Source: an uncultured archaeon (lineage in GTDB: Archaea > Thermoplasmatota > Poseidoniia > MGIII > CG-Epi1). Taken from it: a stretch of DNA of 52,722 nt. Below, piece after piece: positions 18,746 to 28,250 of this stretch. How positions within the stretch are numbered: position 1 is the first letter of the stretch; every line of letters starts with the position of its first letter. Both the position numbers and the translations under genes were made by a program. The DNA lies in the NCBI GenBank assembly GCA_964634895.1, contig CAZWJS010000001.1, forward strand, positions 1 through 52,722. The letters run 5' to 3'. Below the pieces are notes generated by a model. The model was given only the letters and a program-made list of their open reading frames with translations, did not search any database and had not been told where the DNA came from.

Positions 18746-19354
18746 TCAGTCGTGAGGTAGTACGAAATCTCCTCTAATAAGAAGCAAATTGCCGCTGTGG
18801 CATTCTATTGTGACTTTACCTGAGGAACCTATTTCGTTGTGTATCCCACGCCCACCCATAGTTAATTTTTCATGTTCAAGATTCCATCTTGCACCATTGA
18901 CACATACTCTGGCCTCGGGCATTGCTATTAGTGAGAAAAGAGTACCTTCATCGCCTTCAATTGTTATTGAATCAGTGATGGCTTGTATGGTAAACAAATC
19001 ATCAAGTAACCTAATTCTAGGATTAAATGCTAACCCTAAAGCAGCCAAAGTATGATCAATTCTACCACCAGTCCATCCAACTATTTGGATTTCAGCAGCG
19101 CCCTTTTCAAAAGCATAATCTACTGCTTTTTCCAAGTCTGTTTTTTGTATGTTTTTGTTGGACATAATCCACTCTTCTAATCGAGTTGATGCTTTATCTG
19201 ATATTGAGTCTAAGTCACCTATCACTTGGTCAGGGATTATGTTGTATTTCAACAATCTATCAGCTCCGGCATCGGCAGCTATGATTAATTTCTCTTTTGC
19301 TAATTCTATAATATTGCTTTTCAATGGTCTATTTCCTACTACTAATGCTTTCAT
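18746..19354 (-). CDS. Thiamine pyrophosphokinase
   Basis: The 202-aa product carries VIGDLDSISD, KTDLEKAV and GGRIDHTLA, plus a C-terminal beta-sandwich thiamine-binding region. These are collinear with TPK/THI80-type enzymes. Confidence 0.75.
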   Translation of the reverse strand: MKALVVGNRPLKSNIIELAKEKLIIAADAGADRLLKYNIIPDQVIGDLDSISDKASTRLEEWIMSNKNIQKTDLEKAVDYAFEKGAAEIQIVGWTGGRIDHTLAALGLAFNPRIRLLDDLFTIQAITDSITIEGDEGTLFSLIAMPEARVCVNGARWNLEHEKLTMGGRGIHNEIGSSGKVTIECHSGNLLLIRGDFVLPHD

Positions 19355-19358
19355 TTTA

Positions 19359-20840
19359 TCACTTAATCAATTTCCTTTTATTATTGTTTATTTGCTTTAG
19401 GTACATTCTTCCAAAGAATGTGAATAAATCACTTCTAAATGTACTCACTTTTCTACCTTTAGCTTTAGAGCGGTATGTTATCTTTTCGTAAACATCCATA
19501 AATTTCTCATTTGCATGATATTTCTTCCTTAGATTTTCGTATTTTTGTTTGTCAAAATGATTCCAAAAATCATTATAATTGAAATAACATGTTGAAAAGA
19601 ATCCTTTGAATACACCGTGGCTGAAAGAAAACTTTTCAAAAGTTTGATTAACTTTTTTTGAAGTTACACTGCTATTTTTTATTCCATAAATGCCTAAATC
19701 TAAAATCATATTCTCTTCGCACATTTCTTTTTTACGCGTACAGAAAATTTTATCTGGGTGATAATTGTCTTTACTCGGACATATCCACAACGGATAGGTT
19801 CCTGTCATTTTATCGGATAATTCTAAAGCACTTTTTAGTTTAGAAAGTGGGACTCCTATATCAGTAGCAAGTACATACTCATCTCTTTTGTAATCCCCAA
19901 CCATATAACTTGCAGCTGTAAAATATTTGTTAACATTAAGTTCGTTCGACTTCATAATTTTCTTTGGGATTGTAGCGTATATGAGCCCAGCAGAAACATA
20001 ATCTCTGATTTTGTATGGAGTGTATAAGTAATGAGCCCAAAATGCTGAATAACTGTATCTTTCTAGATAGTCTACTAACCTAAGGTAATTGCTTTTCTTT
20101 TTGTTCGCTATTTGGGCATAGAGGCACATATGACGTTGCTTGAAAATATCTTTATCTCTAGTTATCAGTATTTCTTTTACGTCAACGCTATCAACGTAGT
20201 TAGCAATAACAATTGTAAAATCGTTTTTTCCATTGACAAACGCTTCTATGAAATCATCCTCTTTTTTGCTTATTCTTTCTTCAAATTCTTTGTAAAATTT
20301 GTTGAATGTTTTGTGATGTAAGTAATTTACTTTGACGTATGGTTTACATTCTACTAGTTTCATTTTAACACGAGTGATAATTCCCATAGTTCCGTAGGTA
20401 CCACCTATACCATAGTATAGCTCAGAATGATTTGTTTGTGAAACCTCCTTTATTATTTCACCATTGCCCAAAATTACGTCAAAATCAATGACGTTGTTAT
20501 TGAAAAAACCATGTATGTAAGAATTAGATCCTAATGCAATTCCTCCTAAGCACCCACCCACAGTAAAATTGTCACCTTCAGGTAAAGAAGGTACAATTTT
20601 GTTGTTAGGGATGGTTTTTCGATTTATCTTACCGACAGTTACGGTAGCTTCACAGTCTATATATTTTTCATCAATTCTTAATATTTGATTTAGATTCCCT
20701 GTATTCACTTGCTTTTGTTTGTTTTTAAAATTCAAATCGCGATGGTTGTGCCCTTTTCTATTGGTGGTCAACAGTCTTTCTTCATTCTTAATAACATTAG
20801 AAATGCTTTTTATTTTATTATAATAATTTTCATAAGACAT
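19359..20840 (-). CDS. FAD-dependent oxidoreductase of the DHCR24/DWF1 (delta-24 sterol reductase-like) family
   Basis: Blocks collinear with human DHCR24 as I recall it: [35 protein letters not shown], and [30 protein letters not shown]. There is no N-terminal TM helix. Confidence 0.7.
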   Translation of the reverse strand: [493 protein letters not shown]

Positions 20841-21481
20841 TACACTAGCCTCAATTTCCCATTTATGTATGGGTTTTCAATTTTTTCGATTCCAAGTTTA
20901 GTTTTAGGCCCATGTCCAGAATATATAATTGTATCATCGGGTAGTGGTAAAATTTTATTATTTATTGATTCCATCAATTGCTCAGCATTTCCTCCAGGAA
21001 GATCAGTTCTTCCCACAGAGCCTTTGAAAACTACGTCTCCACCGATAAGAATACCTTCTGTGTAAAAGCATAAAGAATCTGGACTATGGCCAGGGCAATG
21101 GAAGATTTCAAAATGGTATTCACCAAAATTTACAGTATCTCCTTCGTTCAAAAATTTTTCAGCTTTAATTTCAGAAATGCTATAACCGAATGAAGCTGCA
21201 ATAGGTCCAACTTTTCCTAACATATCAACGCCAAGTGGACAAATTTCTAATGGTAAATTTAATACTTCTTTTGCTCGGTTCGCGTCAGCAATATGATCAA
21301 CGTGACAATGTGTAGCTATTAACCGAACTATATTCATTCCTTTTTCGTTTGCAATTTCTACAATATCGTCAATTTGGTCTCCTGGATCAAAAAAAATCGC
21401 GTCTTTACTTTCCTCATCCATGACTAATGTAGCATTCATTTGTAAAGGCCCAACTGCTTTTTGAATAACTTTAATAGTCAT
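20840..21481 (-). CDS. MBL-fold metallo-hydrolase (glyoxalase II-like)
   Basis: The HxHxDH motif (THCHVDHI), CPGHSP and GDVVFKGSVGRTD are present. Confidence 0.75.
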   Translation of the reverse strand: MTIKVIQKAVGPLQMNATLVMDEESKDAIFFDPGDQIDDIVEIANEKGMNIVRLIATHCHVDHIADANRAKEVLNLPLEICPLGVDMLGKVGPIAASFGYSISEIKAEKFLNEGDTVNFGEYHFEIFHCPGHSPDSLCFYTEGILIGGDVVFKGSVGRTDLPGGNAEQLMESINNKILPLPDDTIIYSGHGPKTKLGIEKIENPYINGKLRLV

Positions 21482-21485
21482 TTAA

Positions 21486-22442
21486 TCAAAATTCCCTATG
21501 TCCTTCAGGCGCCATTAGAATTCGTTGCATGTCTTTGTCGAATGATATTTTCGGTCCGATTATAGCTTCTTCAATAACTCCTCCATATCCATTTACATCA
21601 GATAGTATGATAGAATCTCTTACAACACATTTTTCCAACTCTACATTTGGCCCGATTATGACATTAGGTCCAATAATGCAATCCCTAATTCTAGCACTTT
21701 CGTCAATTAGTACAGAACCACGAATACTTGCACCTTTGTGTGATGCCGTTCCGTCATTTCCTAAAACTAGAAGATTTGCTTCAAGATATGAATTCGGTGT
21801 TCCTGAGTCTATAAAGTATCCTTTGAAAGGAAAACCAAAAAGGCCTTTTCCAGCAATTTTGGGATAGATATCTCTTTCAATTGAGATTTTTTTATTAGGT
21901 GGAATTAGTTCTATTATCTCAGGCTCCAAAAGATAAGTACCTGCATTAATCAAATTAGATAATTCCGTTCCTTTCTCAGGTTTTTCTTGAAATTGTAGAA
22001 TCCGGTTGTTTCTAAATTCTACAACTCCAAAGCGGTTGGGATCTTCAACTTCCCATAGTGCAAGAGTTCCTTTTGCTTTGCTTTCTATATGAAATTCAAG
22101 CATTTTTTCTAGATTGATAGAAGATACAACATCTCCATTGAAAACAGCAGCAGTACCAGTGATGTACCTGATACAATTTCTGATTGCACCTCCTGTGCCT
22201 AGGGGTTCTTTTTCAGGAACAATAATTACCTTCTTATCTATTTCTCGATTTCTAAAATACTCTGTCATTTCTTCTAGGCCGTAATTTACTGCCAAAATAG
22301 CTGTATCAAATTTATCAGGTAGATTTAGAATCATTCTTTCTACCATTGGAATGTTTGCAAGAGGTAGTAGTGGTTTGGGAACACTTAATGTCAATGGCCT
22401 TAGCCTAGTTCCAAAACCTCCTACCAGTATAATTGCTTCCAT
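21486..22442 (-). CDS. Sugar-1-phosphate nucleotidyltransferase with a C-terminal left-handed beta-helix
   Basis: The N-terminal motif is ILVGGFGTRLRPLT and GTGGAIRN follows. Hexapeptide repeats are present in the C-terminal third. Confidence 0.8.
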   Translation of the reverse strand: MEAIILVGGFGTRLRPLTLSVPKPLLPLANIPMVERMILNLPDKFDTAILAVNYGLEEMTEYFRNREIDKKVIIVPEKEPLGTGGAIRNCIRYITGTAAVFNGDVVSSINLEKMLEFHIESKAKGTLALWEVEDPNRFGVVEFRNNRILQFQEKPEKGTELSNLINAGTYLLEPEIIELIPPNKKISIERDIYPKIAGKGLFGFPFKGYFIDSGTPNSYLEANLLVLGNDGTASHKGASIRGSVLIDESARIRDCIIGPNVIIGPNVELEKCVVRDSIILSDVNGYGGVIEEAIIGPKISFDKDMQRILMAPEGHREF

Positions 22443-22443
22443 G

Positions 22444-23010
22444 TTACTTTGAGTCTAGTAGATGATGTATTAAGGTTATGCAGGCAGAACTTAGCAGGCT
22501 TTCTTCACCTAAGCTTACTTGGGGCAGTTGGTTAAGAATTTCCATTTCTTCAACTGTTGGATCTTTATCATCACCAAGTATGAAAGTTTGAGAATTAGTT
22601 ATTTGATCTTTCCCGTTTTCACTTAACAGTGCTGGGGCAGGCAATCTTTTTACAACTTCGCTAAGTCCAATTCTTTCCATAGTAATGCCTGGGCTAGTCT
22701 CCATAACTTCTTCTTCATTCTTGAATTTTATTAGTCCATTTCTTATAAGTGCAGCAGTCGATCGTTCGTCTGGATTAAGATACTTTATTTTTTTACCATT
22801 GAAGTGTACAGTTATTGGCGGATTTGGAGGTCCATTTAGAATCAGCCACATATCAGTGTCGTGTCTTATTCCGTGAGATTTCCAAAGTGCTGCAGTTATG
22901 CATCTAACTAGAACATCAAGTCTGCCAGCACCACCACAGAGATCATCTAGTTTCCAATCAGGTGTCGTGTGAGCACGATGTCCAATTACAACAAAATTTC
23001 TTTCAGCCAC
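22444..23010 (-). CDS. trmY: tRNA (pseudouridine54-N1)-methyltransferase TrmY-like (SPOUT, DUF358)
   Basis: The 188-aa product carries FVVIGHRA..T..W.LDDLCGGAGRLDVLVRCITAAL..SHGIR, typical of TrmY. Confidence 0.7.
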   Translation of the reverse strand: MAERNFVVIGHRAHTTPDWKLDDLCGGAGRLDVLVRCITAALWKSHGIRHDTDMWLILNGPPNPPITVHFNGKKIKYLNPDERSTAALIRNGLIKFKNEEEVMETSPGITMERIGLSEVVKRLPAPALLSENGKDQITNSQTFILGDDKDPTVEEMEILNQLPQVSLGEESLLSSACITLIHHLLDSK

Positions 23011-23037
23011 ATTATGCTTATTCCGTTGTTATTAAAT

Positions 23038-23113
23038 TGGTGCGGGTGCCGGGATTTGAACCCGGGTTAGTGGCTTGGGAAGCCACTGTCATACCAGACT
23101 AGACCACACCCGC
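23038..23113 (-). tRNA. tRNA-Gly (anticodon CCC), 3' CCA encoded
   Basis: The reverse complement is GCGGGTG..CACCCGC+A+CCA. The anticodon stem GTGGC/GCCAC carries loop TTCCCAA (CCC), and the T-arm is CCGGG-TTCAAAT-CCCGG. Confidence 0.9.
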
Positions 23114-23124
23114 TCGATACAAAA

Positions 23125-25458
23125 TTATTTCTTATTCTTTTTCCGAGTGTTTTTTTTCTTTGGTTTTTCTTCTACCATTTCAGCGTCTTGAATATCATCA
23201 AATTTCCATTCTTCTATTTTTCCAAAATTTTCATCCTCAGTTTGCCTGAGGCTGAATCCTATCATCAATGCAGCACCAATAGCAAAAACTAAGACTCCAG
23301 GATAAATTGAGGGTTCTTCTATGATTCCTAAATATATTCCTGAAACCGCCATTGCAGCCAATCCAATTCCCATTATTGCTTCACCTGCAATCAATCCAGA
23401 AGCAAATAAAATCCCAGGATTGTGGAGTTTTTCTCTTTCAGCAGATAGTTTTTCTTCTTGACCCTTCTTGAATAGTTCAGGTCTAGTATTTTTTAACGGT
23501 TTTTCAAATTTACTATCAACATACATTTTTAGCATTCCACCAATAAAAATAGGCACGGTCATTTTGAGGCTCAAATACATTCCCACAGCTACAGCCATTA
23601 TTGAAATATTTAGTCCTCCTTTATTTACAATCCAGCCTTGAGTAGCTGCAACCAATAAACTTCCAGTGAACAAGAAGGCAGGTATTGCTTCTTCTAGATA
23701 TCCCCCAATCAGAAAAAGGAGGTATGAGCATCCTAAAATATTCATATAATGCTCAGGATGCCTAAGTGCAATCAAACAAAAAGCAATTCCAGCACCCATA
23801 AAAACCATAGACCAATCCATTCCACCCCCTAGAATTCCACTAGTTATGCTTGCCATCAAAAATGCTTGTGGAGCTTCCAAATCACCATTTATGATTTGAT
23901 CTGAAAGTAAATTAAGTACAAAAGGTATTGCCATTGCACCTGCAGCGACACCAACAATTTGACCGATTTGCTGTCTCCATGGAGTGGCACCGACAAGATA
24001 TCCCGTTTTTAGATCTTGAAGATTGTCTCCAGAGATTGCTCCGGCACAAGCTACGAAAGCAGCCACTCCTATTACAGCTACTTGTAATTCAGCAGTGTTT
24101 TCCCCACCATAAATTAAACTATTAACAATAGTAAAGGTAGTTGCAGTCAGAATAACTACTATTATTGTAACGCCAGATAATGGATTGTTACTACTGCCTA
24201 CAATACCAGCCATGTAACCAGCAACTGCTGCAAAAAGGAATCCTGCTGTAAAGATTATGATTAATGACAAAATTGCAGGTAAAAGCAATCCTGAAACAAT
24301 CCATACCATGAAAAACATAGGAATGGCCATAGCTGCGCTTGTGACAGCTATTGATTTTGCAGGTAAATCTTCCTCAGTTCTAATTCCATTACTTTTTGTT
24401 GTTGATAATTTGGTAGCCTCAATCATCTCTGTAATTCCTTTCATTAGAGCTTCACGCATTATAATCAAAGTATAGAGTCCTCCAACAAGCATTGTGCCTA
24501 CACCCACCATTCTTCTCCGCCCACTTATGTGGTTAGCATAGTCTCCATAATTGATTATTTCTCCTGACAAAGCAGCGTTAGTTATTTGTTCTATGAATAT
24601 ATCTGTCGGGTTTAGGATTGTGCTTGCAATAGGCATTATTATAATGGCTCCTAACAACCCTCCAAAAAATACAAAACTTGCAATTCCAGGTCCAACAATA
24701 TATCCGACTCCAAGTAGAGCAGGTGAGAATTCAGCACCAAGATAAAAAGTTGTTTTGGATTTAACATATGTTGCAGAAGCATTCAATTTTCCGTTTAACG
24801 TGTAATATCCTTGCCATCCATGTTCCCAAAGTCCAAAGCTCACTTGCTTAACAGCATTATCTACAGTTACCATCAATGATGACATTAATTTGTATAATGC
24901 ACCAAATGCGAGTCCTGCAAATATGGGTGTAACTTGAGCCCCTCCTTTCTCTCCTGCAACTAGTACTTCGGCACAGGCTACACCTTCAGGGTAAGGCAAA
25001 TTTTCTTTCACAATAAAAATCCTCCTTAGACTTATTGAAAATAGAACACCTATTGTTCCTCCAACAAGTGCTATTATCAAGGTTTTAAAGTATGGAAAAT
25101 CAGACCATCCAATCTCCCCATTACTACTTGCATTCATCACCAAAAGCGCAGGTAATGTGAATATAACACCAGCTGCAAGTGATTCACCAGATGAGACTGC
25201 AGTTTGAACCCAATTATTCTCAAGTATGTTGGTTTTTTTAGCAATATTTGCCTTAGCTAAACTTCTCAGAACAGCCATAGATATTACTGCAGCTGGAATC
25301 GAAGCACTGACCGTCATTCCCACGTACAATCCCAAGTATACATTTGCAGCAGTTAACAACATACCTAAGATTATAGCTAGAATTATTCCTTGAACCGTAA
25401 TTTCAGGTAAAATTGTAGTTGCAGAAACATAAGGTTTGTGTTCTTGCTCTTTAGCCAT
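23125..25458 (-). CDS. OPT-family oligopeptide transporter
   Basis: 777-aa polytopic membrane protein. The N-terminal signature is ANVYLGLYVGMTVSASIPAAVISMAVLR and the C-terminal tail is K-rich. Confidence 0.8.
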   Translation of the reverse strand: MAKEQEHKPYVSATTILPEITVQGIILAIILGMLLTAANVYLGLYVGMTVSASIPAAVISMAVLRSLAKANIAKKTNILENNWVQTAVSSGESLAAGVIFTLPALLVMNASSNGEIGWSDFPYFKTLIIALVGGTIGVLFSISLRRIFIVKENLPYPEGVACAEVLVAGEKGGAQVTPIFAGLAFGALYKLMSSLMVTVDNAVKQVSFGLWEHGWQGYYTLNGKLNASATYVKSKTTFYLGAEFSPALLGVGYIVGPGIASFVFFGGLLGAIIIMPIASTILNPTDIFIEQITNAALSGEIINYGDYANHISGRRRMVGVGTMLVGGLYTLIIMREALMKGITEMIEATKLSTTKSNGIRTEEDLPAKSIAVTSAAMAIPMFFMVWIVSGLLLPAILSLIIIFTAGFLFAAVAGYMAGIVGSSNNPLSGVTIIVVILTATTFTIVNSLIYGGENTAELQVAVIGVAAFVACAGAISGDNLQDLKTGYLVGATPWRQQIGQIVGVAAGAMAIPFVLNLLSDQIINGDLEAPQAFLMASITSGILGGGMDWSMVFMGAGIAFCLIALRHPEHYMNILGCSYLLFLIGGYLEEAIPAFLFTGSLLVAATQGWIVNKGGLNISIMAVAVGMYLSLKMTVPIFIGGMLKMYVDSKFEKPLKNTRPELFKKGQEEKLSAEREKLHNPGILFASGLIAGEAIMGIGLAAMAVSGIYLGIIEEPSIYPGVLVFAIGAALMIGFSLRQTEDENFGKIEEWKFDDIQDAEMVEEKPKKKNTRKKNKK

Positions 25459-25535
25459 GATATAGTCCTATGTTTAAAACTAAGATAAAGGGTTATGCCC
25501 TCCGTAGTTTTTAACCTACTCCTCTCTGCCACCTC

Positions 25536-28250
25536 GTGACTGAAGGTCTTTCTCTTAGCTTCTTCAACGAATCTGGGTTCACTAAGCAAACATGTGCTAA
25601 ATGCAAATGTATATTCTGGTCTACCATTGAGCGTGAGCTTTGTGGGGATGCCCCTTGTGTTGAGTATTCTTTCATCGGTAAACCGCTTTTTTCAAAATCG
25701 ATGAATCTGGATGAAGCACGTGAGGCCTTTCTAAGTTTTTTTGATAAGCATAACCATACTAGAGTTGATAGAGCTCCTGTAGTTGCGCGTTGGCGCAATG
25801 ATATTTATCTTTCAATAGCATCAATAGCTGTATTTCAGCCTCATGTTACAAGTGGTTCTTCAAAGCCACCTGCTAATCCCTTAGCTATTTCTCAACCGTG
25901 TATTAGATTAAATGATTTAGAATCAGTAGGTAGAAGTGGCCGTCATTTGACAACTTTTGAAATGATGGCACATCATGCATTTAATACAGAAAATGAAAAA
26001 ATATACTGGCAAAATCGTACAGTCGAACTTTGCCATGAATTTTACACAAGTTTGGGCTTAGATGAATCAAAAATAAGCTACAAGGAAAACCCATGGGTTG
26101 GTGGAGGTAATGGTGGTGAGGCACTAGAAGTTCTAGCTGGGGGGCTTGAACTAGCAACTTTAGTTTTTATGGACCTTGAGGAAGATTCCGAAGGCGATAT
26201 TGTTCTTAAGGGAACGAAATTTAGGAGAATGCCTCGATCTATTGTAGATACAGGTTATGGTCTTGAAAGATTAGTTTGGGCCTCACAAGGTACTCCTACT
26301 ATTTATGAAGCAGTTTTTCCTGAAGCAGTTTCTTACATAACCAAAAAATCTAATTTAGAGGAGAAATTACATAATTCAAGCTCACTTATATCTGAGAATG
26401 CAAAGCTCTGTGGCGTTTTATCTGTTGATTATGGTTCTGATTTGACAGAATTAAGACAGAGGGTTCTTGACAGGCTTAATTCCTCTGGTCACAATTTATC
26501 CTTGCCAGAGTTCGTTTCAACCATTGAGCCGTTGGAAAAATTGTTTGCCATCGTTGATCATTCAAGGGCCTTAGCATTTATGTTTGGAGATGGTATAGTA
26601 CCTAGCAATGTCAAAGCAGGTTATCTGGCGAGGATGGTCCTAAGGCGCACGGTTCTTTTGTTGAAGGATATTGGTTTAATCAATGCACTACCAGATATGG
26701 TGAAGCACCACATAGATCATTTCTCAAATACATACCCTGAACTTAAGACAAATAAATCACACATACTGGATATGGTTGATTTAGAAATTGAAAGATTTAC
26801 GCAAACATTAGAACGCGGTCGTCGTGCAGTTAAGAGGGCAATTGATGGCGGAGGAATTAATCAAGAAAAATTGCTAGAATTATATGATTCTCAAGGATTA
26901 CCACCTTCTGTTGTAAGTGATTTTGCAGATGAGCAAGGTCATTCAATAGAAGTACCAGATGGATTCCTTGCTATGGTTGCAGAAAGACATCAAGGTGAAA
27001 AAAAGAATTCAAAGAAGGAAGCGAGTATTATTGATGTCAAACCGACAAAATTAGATTTTTATGAAGACATGGAGCAACGTTCTTTCAGCACCAAAGTCAT
27101 TTTTTCGGAGGATAATCGTGTAGCATTTGAAAATACATTATTTTATCCAGAAGGTGGAGGGCAACTAGCAGATGTAGGGACCATTAGTTGGAGCAATCAA
27201 ACAAGCAAAGTAGTAGATGTTCAAAAGATAGGAGATGTGATAGTTCATCATATTGATGGCAGATCTCCTCCCACTGGAACTGTGATTACAGGGACTATAG
27301 ATGATACTCATCGTTCGAGTTTGAGTAGGCATCATACAGCCACGCATTTGATTGGAGCTGCGGCTAGAGAAGTTTTGGGTTCTCATGTTTGGCAAGCTGG
27401 CGCCTCAAAATCTGTAGACAGGGCAAGATTAGACATTACACATCATAGAAGATTGAATCGTGATTTAATTGGGTCTATTGAGTCTACAGTTAATGAATTA
27501 ATTATGGAAGATCATCCCATAACTACTAAATTCTATAGTCGCGAGGATGCAGATAGAAAATATGGTAATACTTTGTATCAGGGCGGAGCTCCAAAATATA
27601 GGGCAATTAGGGTCGTCAAAATTGCTGATATCGATGCCCAAGCGTGCGCAGGTACACATGTTTCTTCTACCTCTAAAGTAGAGGCCGTCAAGGTTTTGAG
27701 GGCAGAGCGGATACAGGATGGAGTGGAACGTATAGAATTCTCAGCAGGTCCAGACGCAATAAAGGCAGCCCAGAAGGAGAGAGCGCTTTTAGAAGAGACT
27801 GCTGAGGAGTTAGGTGTCCCCGTCGATCAAGCACCTTCTGCCGCCCATAAATTTGTGAAAGAATGGAAAGAACTAAGAGCTAAAGTCACGTCTTTGGAAA
27901 AAGCATTAGCTTCTTTCAAATCCTCCGATTTGGAACCTGAAAAGATTGGTGGGATTAATTTTTATTTAAATAATGTGGGCGAGACAGATTTTGGTGAGGT
28001 TCAAAAACTAGTCCGAAAACTCACTTCTAAGCCAAATAATCTAGCAGCGCTAGCATCTTCTAAGGATAAAAAAGGAAACATAATTCTAGCTTGTTCTGAA
28101 TCATTAGATGTCAATTGCGGGGCTATTCTCAAAGAAGCTATAGATTCAGTTGGTGGTAGTGGAGGAGGTAAGTTAGCCTATGCACAAGGCGCCTGTTCAG
28201 CATCTAAATTAGATGAAGCATTGTCAAAAATCCGAGACTTGATATCTTAA
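25536..28250 (+). CDS. alaS: Alanine--tRNA ligase, archaeal type
   Basis: 904 aa with a GTG start. The N-terminus (FTKQTCAKCKCIFWS..CGDAPCVEYSFIG) is of the archaeal type. Editing-domain motifs HHTATHL and CAGTH are present, followed by a C-terminal DHHA1-like SVGGSGGGK. Confidence 0.92.
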   Translation: MTEGLSLSFFNESGFTKQTCAKCKCIFWSTIERELCGDAPCVEYSFIGKPLFSKSMNLDEAREAFLSFFDKHNHTRVDRAPVVARWRNDIYLSIASIAVFQPHVTSGSSKPPANPLAISQPCIRLNDLESVGRSGRHLTTFEMMAHHAFNTENEKIYWQNRTVELCHEFYTSLGLDESKISYKENPWVGGGNGGEALEVLAGGLELATLVFMDLEEDSEGDIVLKGTKFRRMPRSIVDTGYGLERLVWASQGTPTIYEAVFPEAVSYITKKSNLEEKLHNSSSLISENAKLCGVLSVDYGSDLTELRQRVLDRLNSSGHNLSLPEFVSTIEPLEKLFAIVDHSRALAFMFGDGIVPSNVKAGYLARMVLRRTVLLLKDIGLINALPDMVKHHIDHFSNTYPELKTNKSHILDMVDLEIERFTQTLERGRRAVKRAIDGGGINQEKLLELYDSQGLPPSVVSDFADEQGHSIEVPDGFLAMVAERHQGEKKNSKKEASIIDVKPTKLDFYEDMEQRSFSTKVIFSEDNRVAFENTLFYPEGGGQLADVGTISWSNQTSKVVDVQKIGDVIVHHIDGRSPPTGTVITGTIDDTHRSSLSRHHTATHLIGAAAREVLGSHVWQAGASKSVDRARLDITHHRRLNRDLIGSIESTVNELIMEDHPITTKFYSREDADRKYGNTLYQGGAPKYRAIRVVKIADIDAQACAGTHVSSTSKVEAVKVLRAERIQDGVERIEFSAGPDAIKAAQKERALLEETAEELGVPVDQAPSAAHKFVKEWKELRAKVTSLEKALASFKSSDLEPEKIGGINFYLNNVGETDFGEVQKLVRKLTSKPNNLAALASSKDKKGNIILACSESLDVNCGAILKEAIDSVGGSGGGKLAYAQGACSASKLDEALSKIRDLIS

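Noticed and set aside
19359-23113. tRNA-Gly(CCC)-flanked genomic island containing the AT-rich DHCR24-like gene
   Set aside because: There is no integrase, and I noticed no direct repeat of the tRNA 3' end downstream. The intervening genes (TrmY, nucleotidyltransferase, MBL hydrolase) are ordinary and of typical composition. Only the single gene looks compositionally distinct.
25383-25798. ORFs 25383-25589 and 25511-25798 (minus strand) spanning the OPT/alaS divergent promoter
   Set aside because: They overlap the well-supported 5' ends of both flanking genes and the promoter region, and their products have no motifs.
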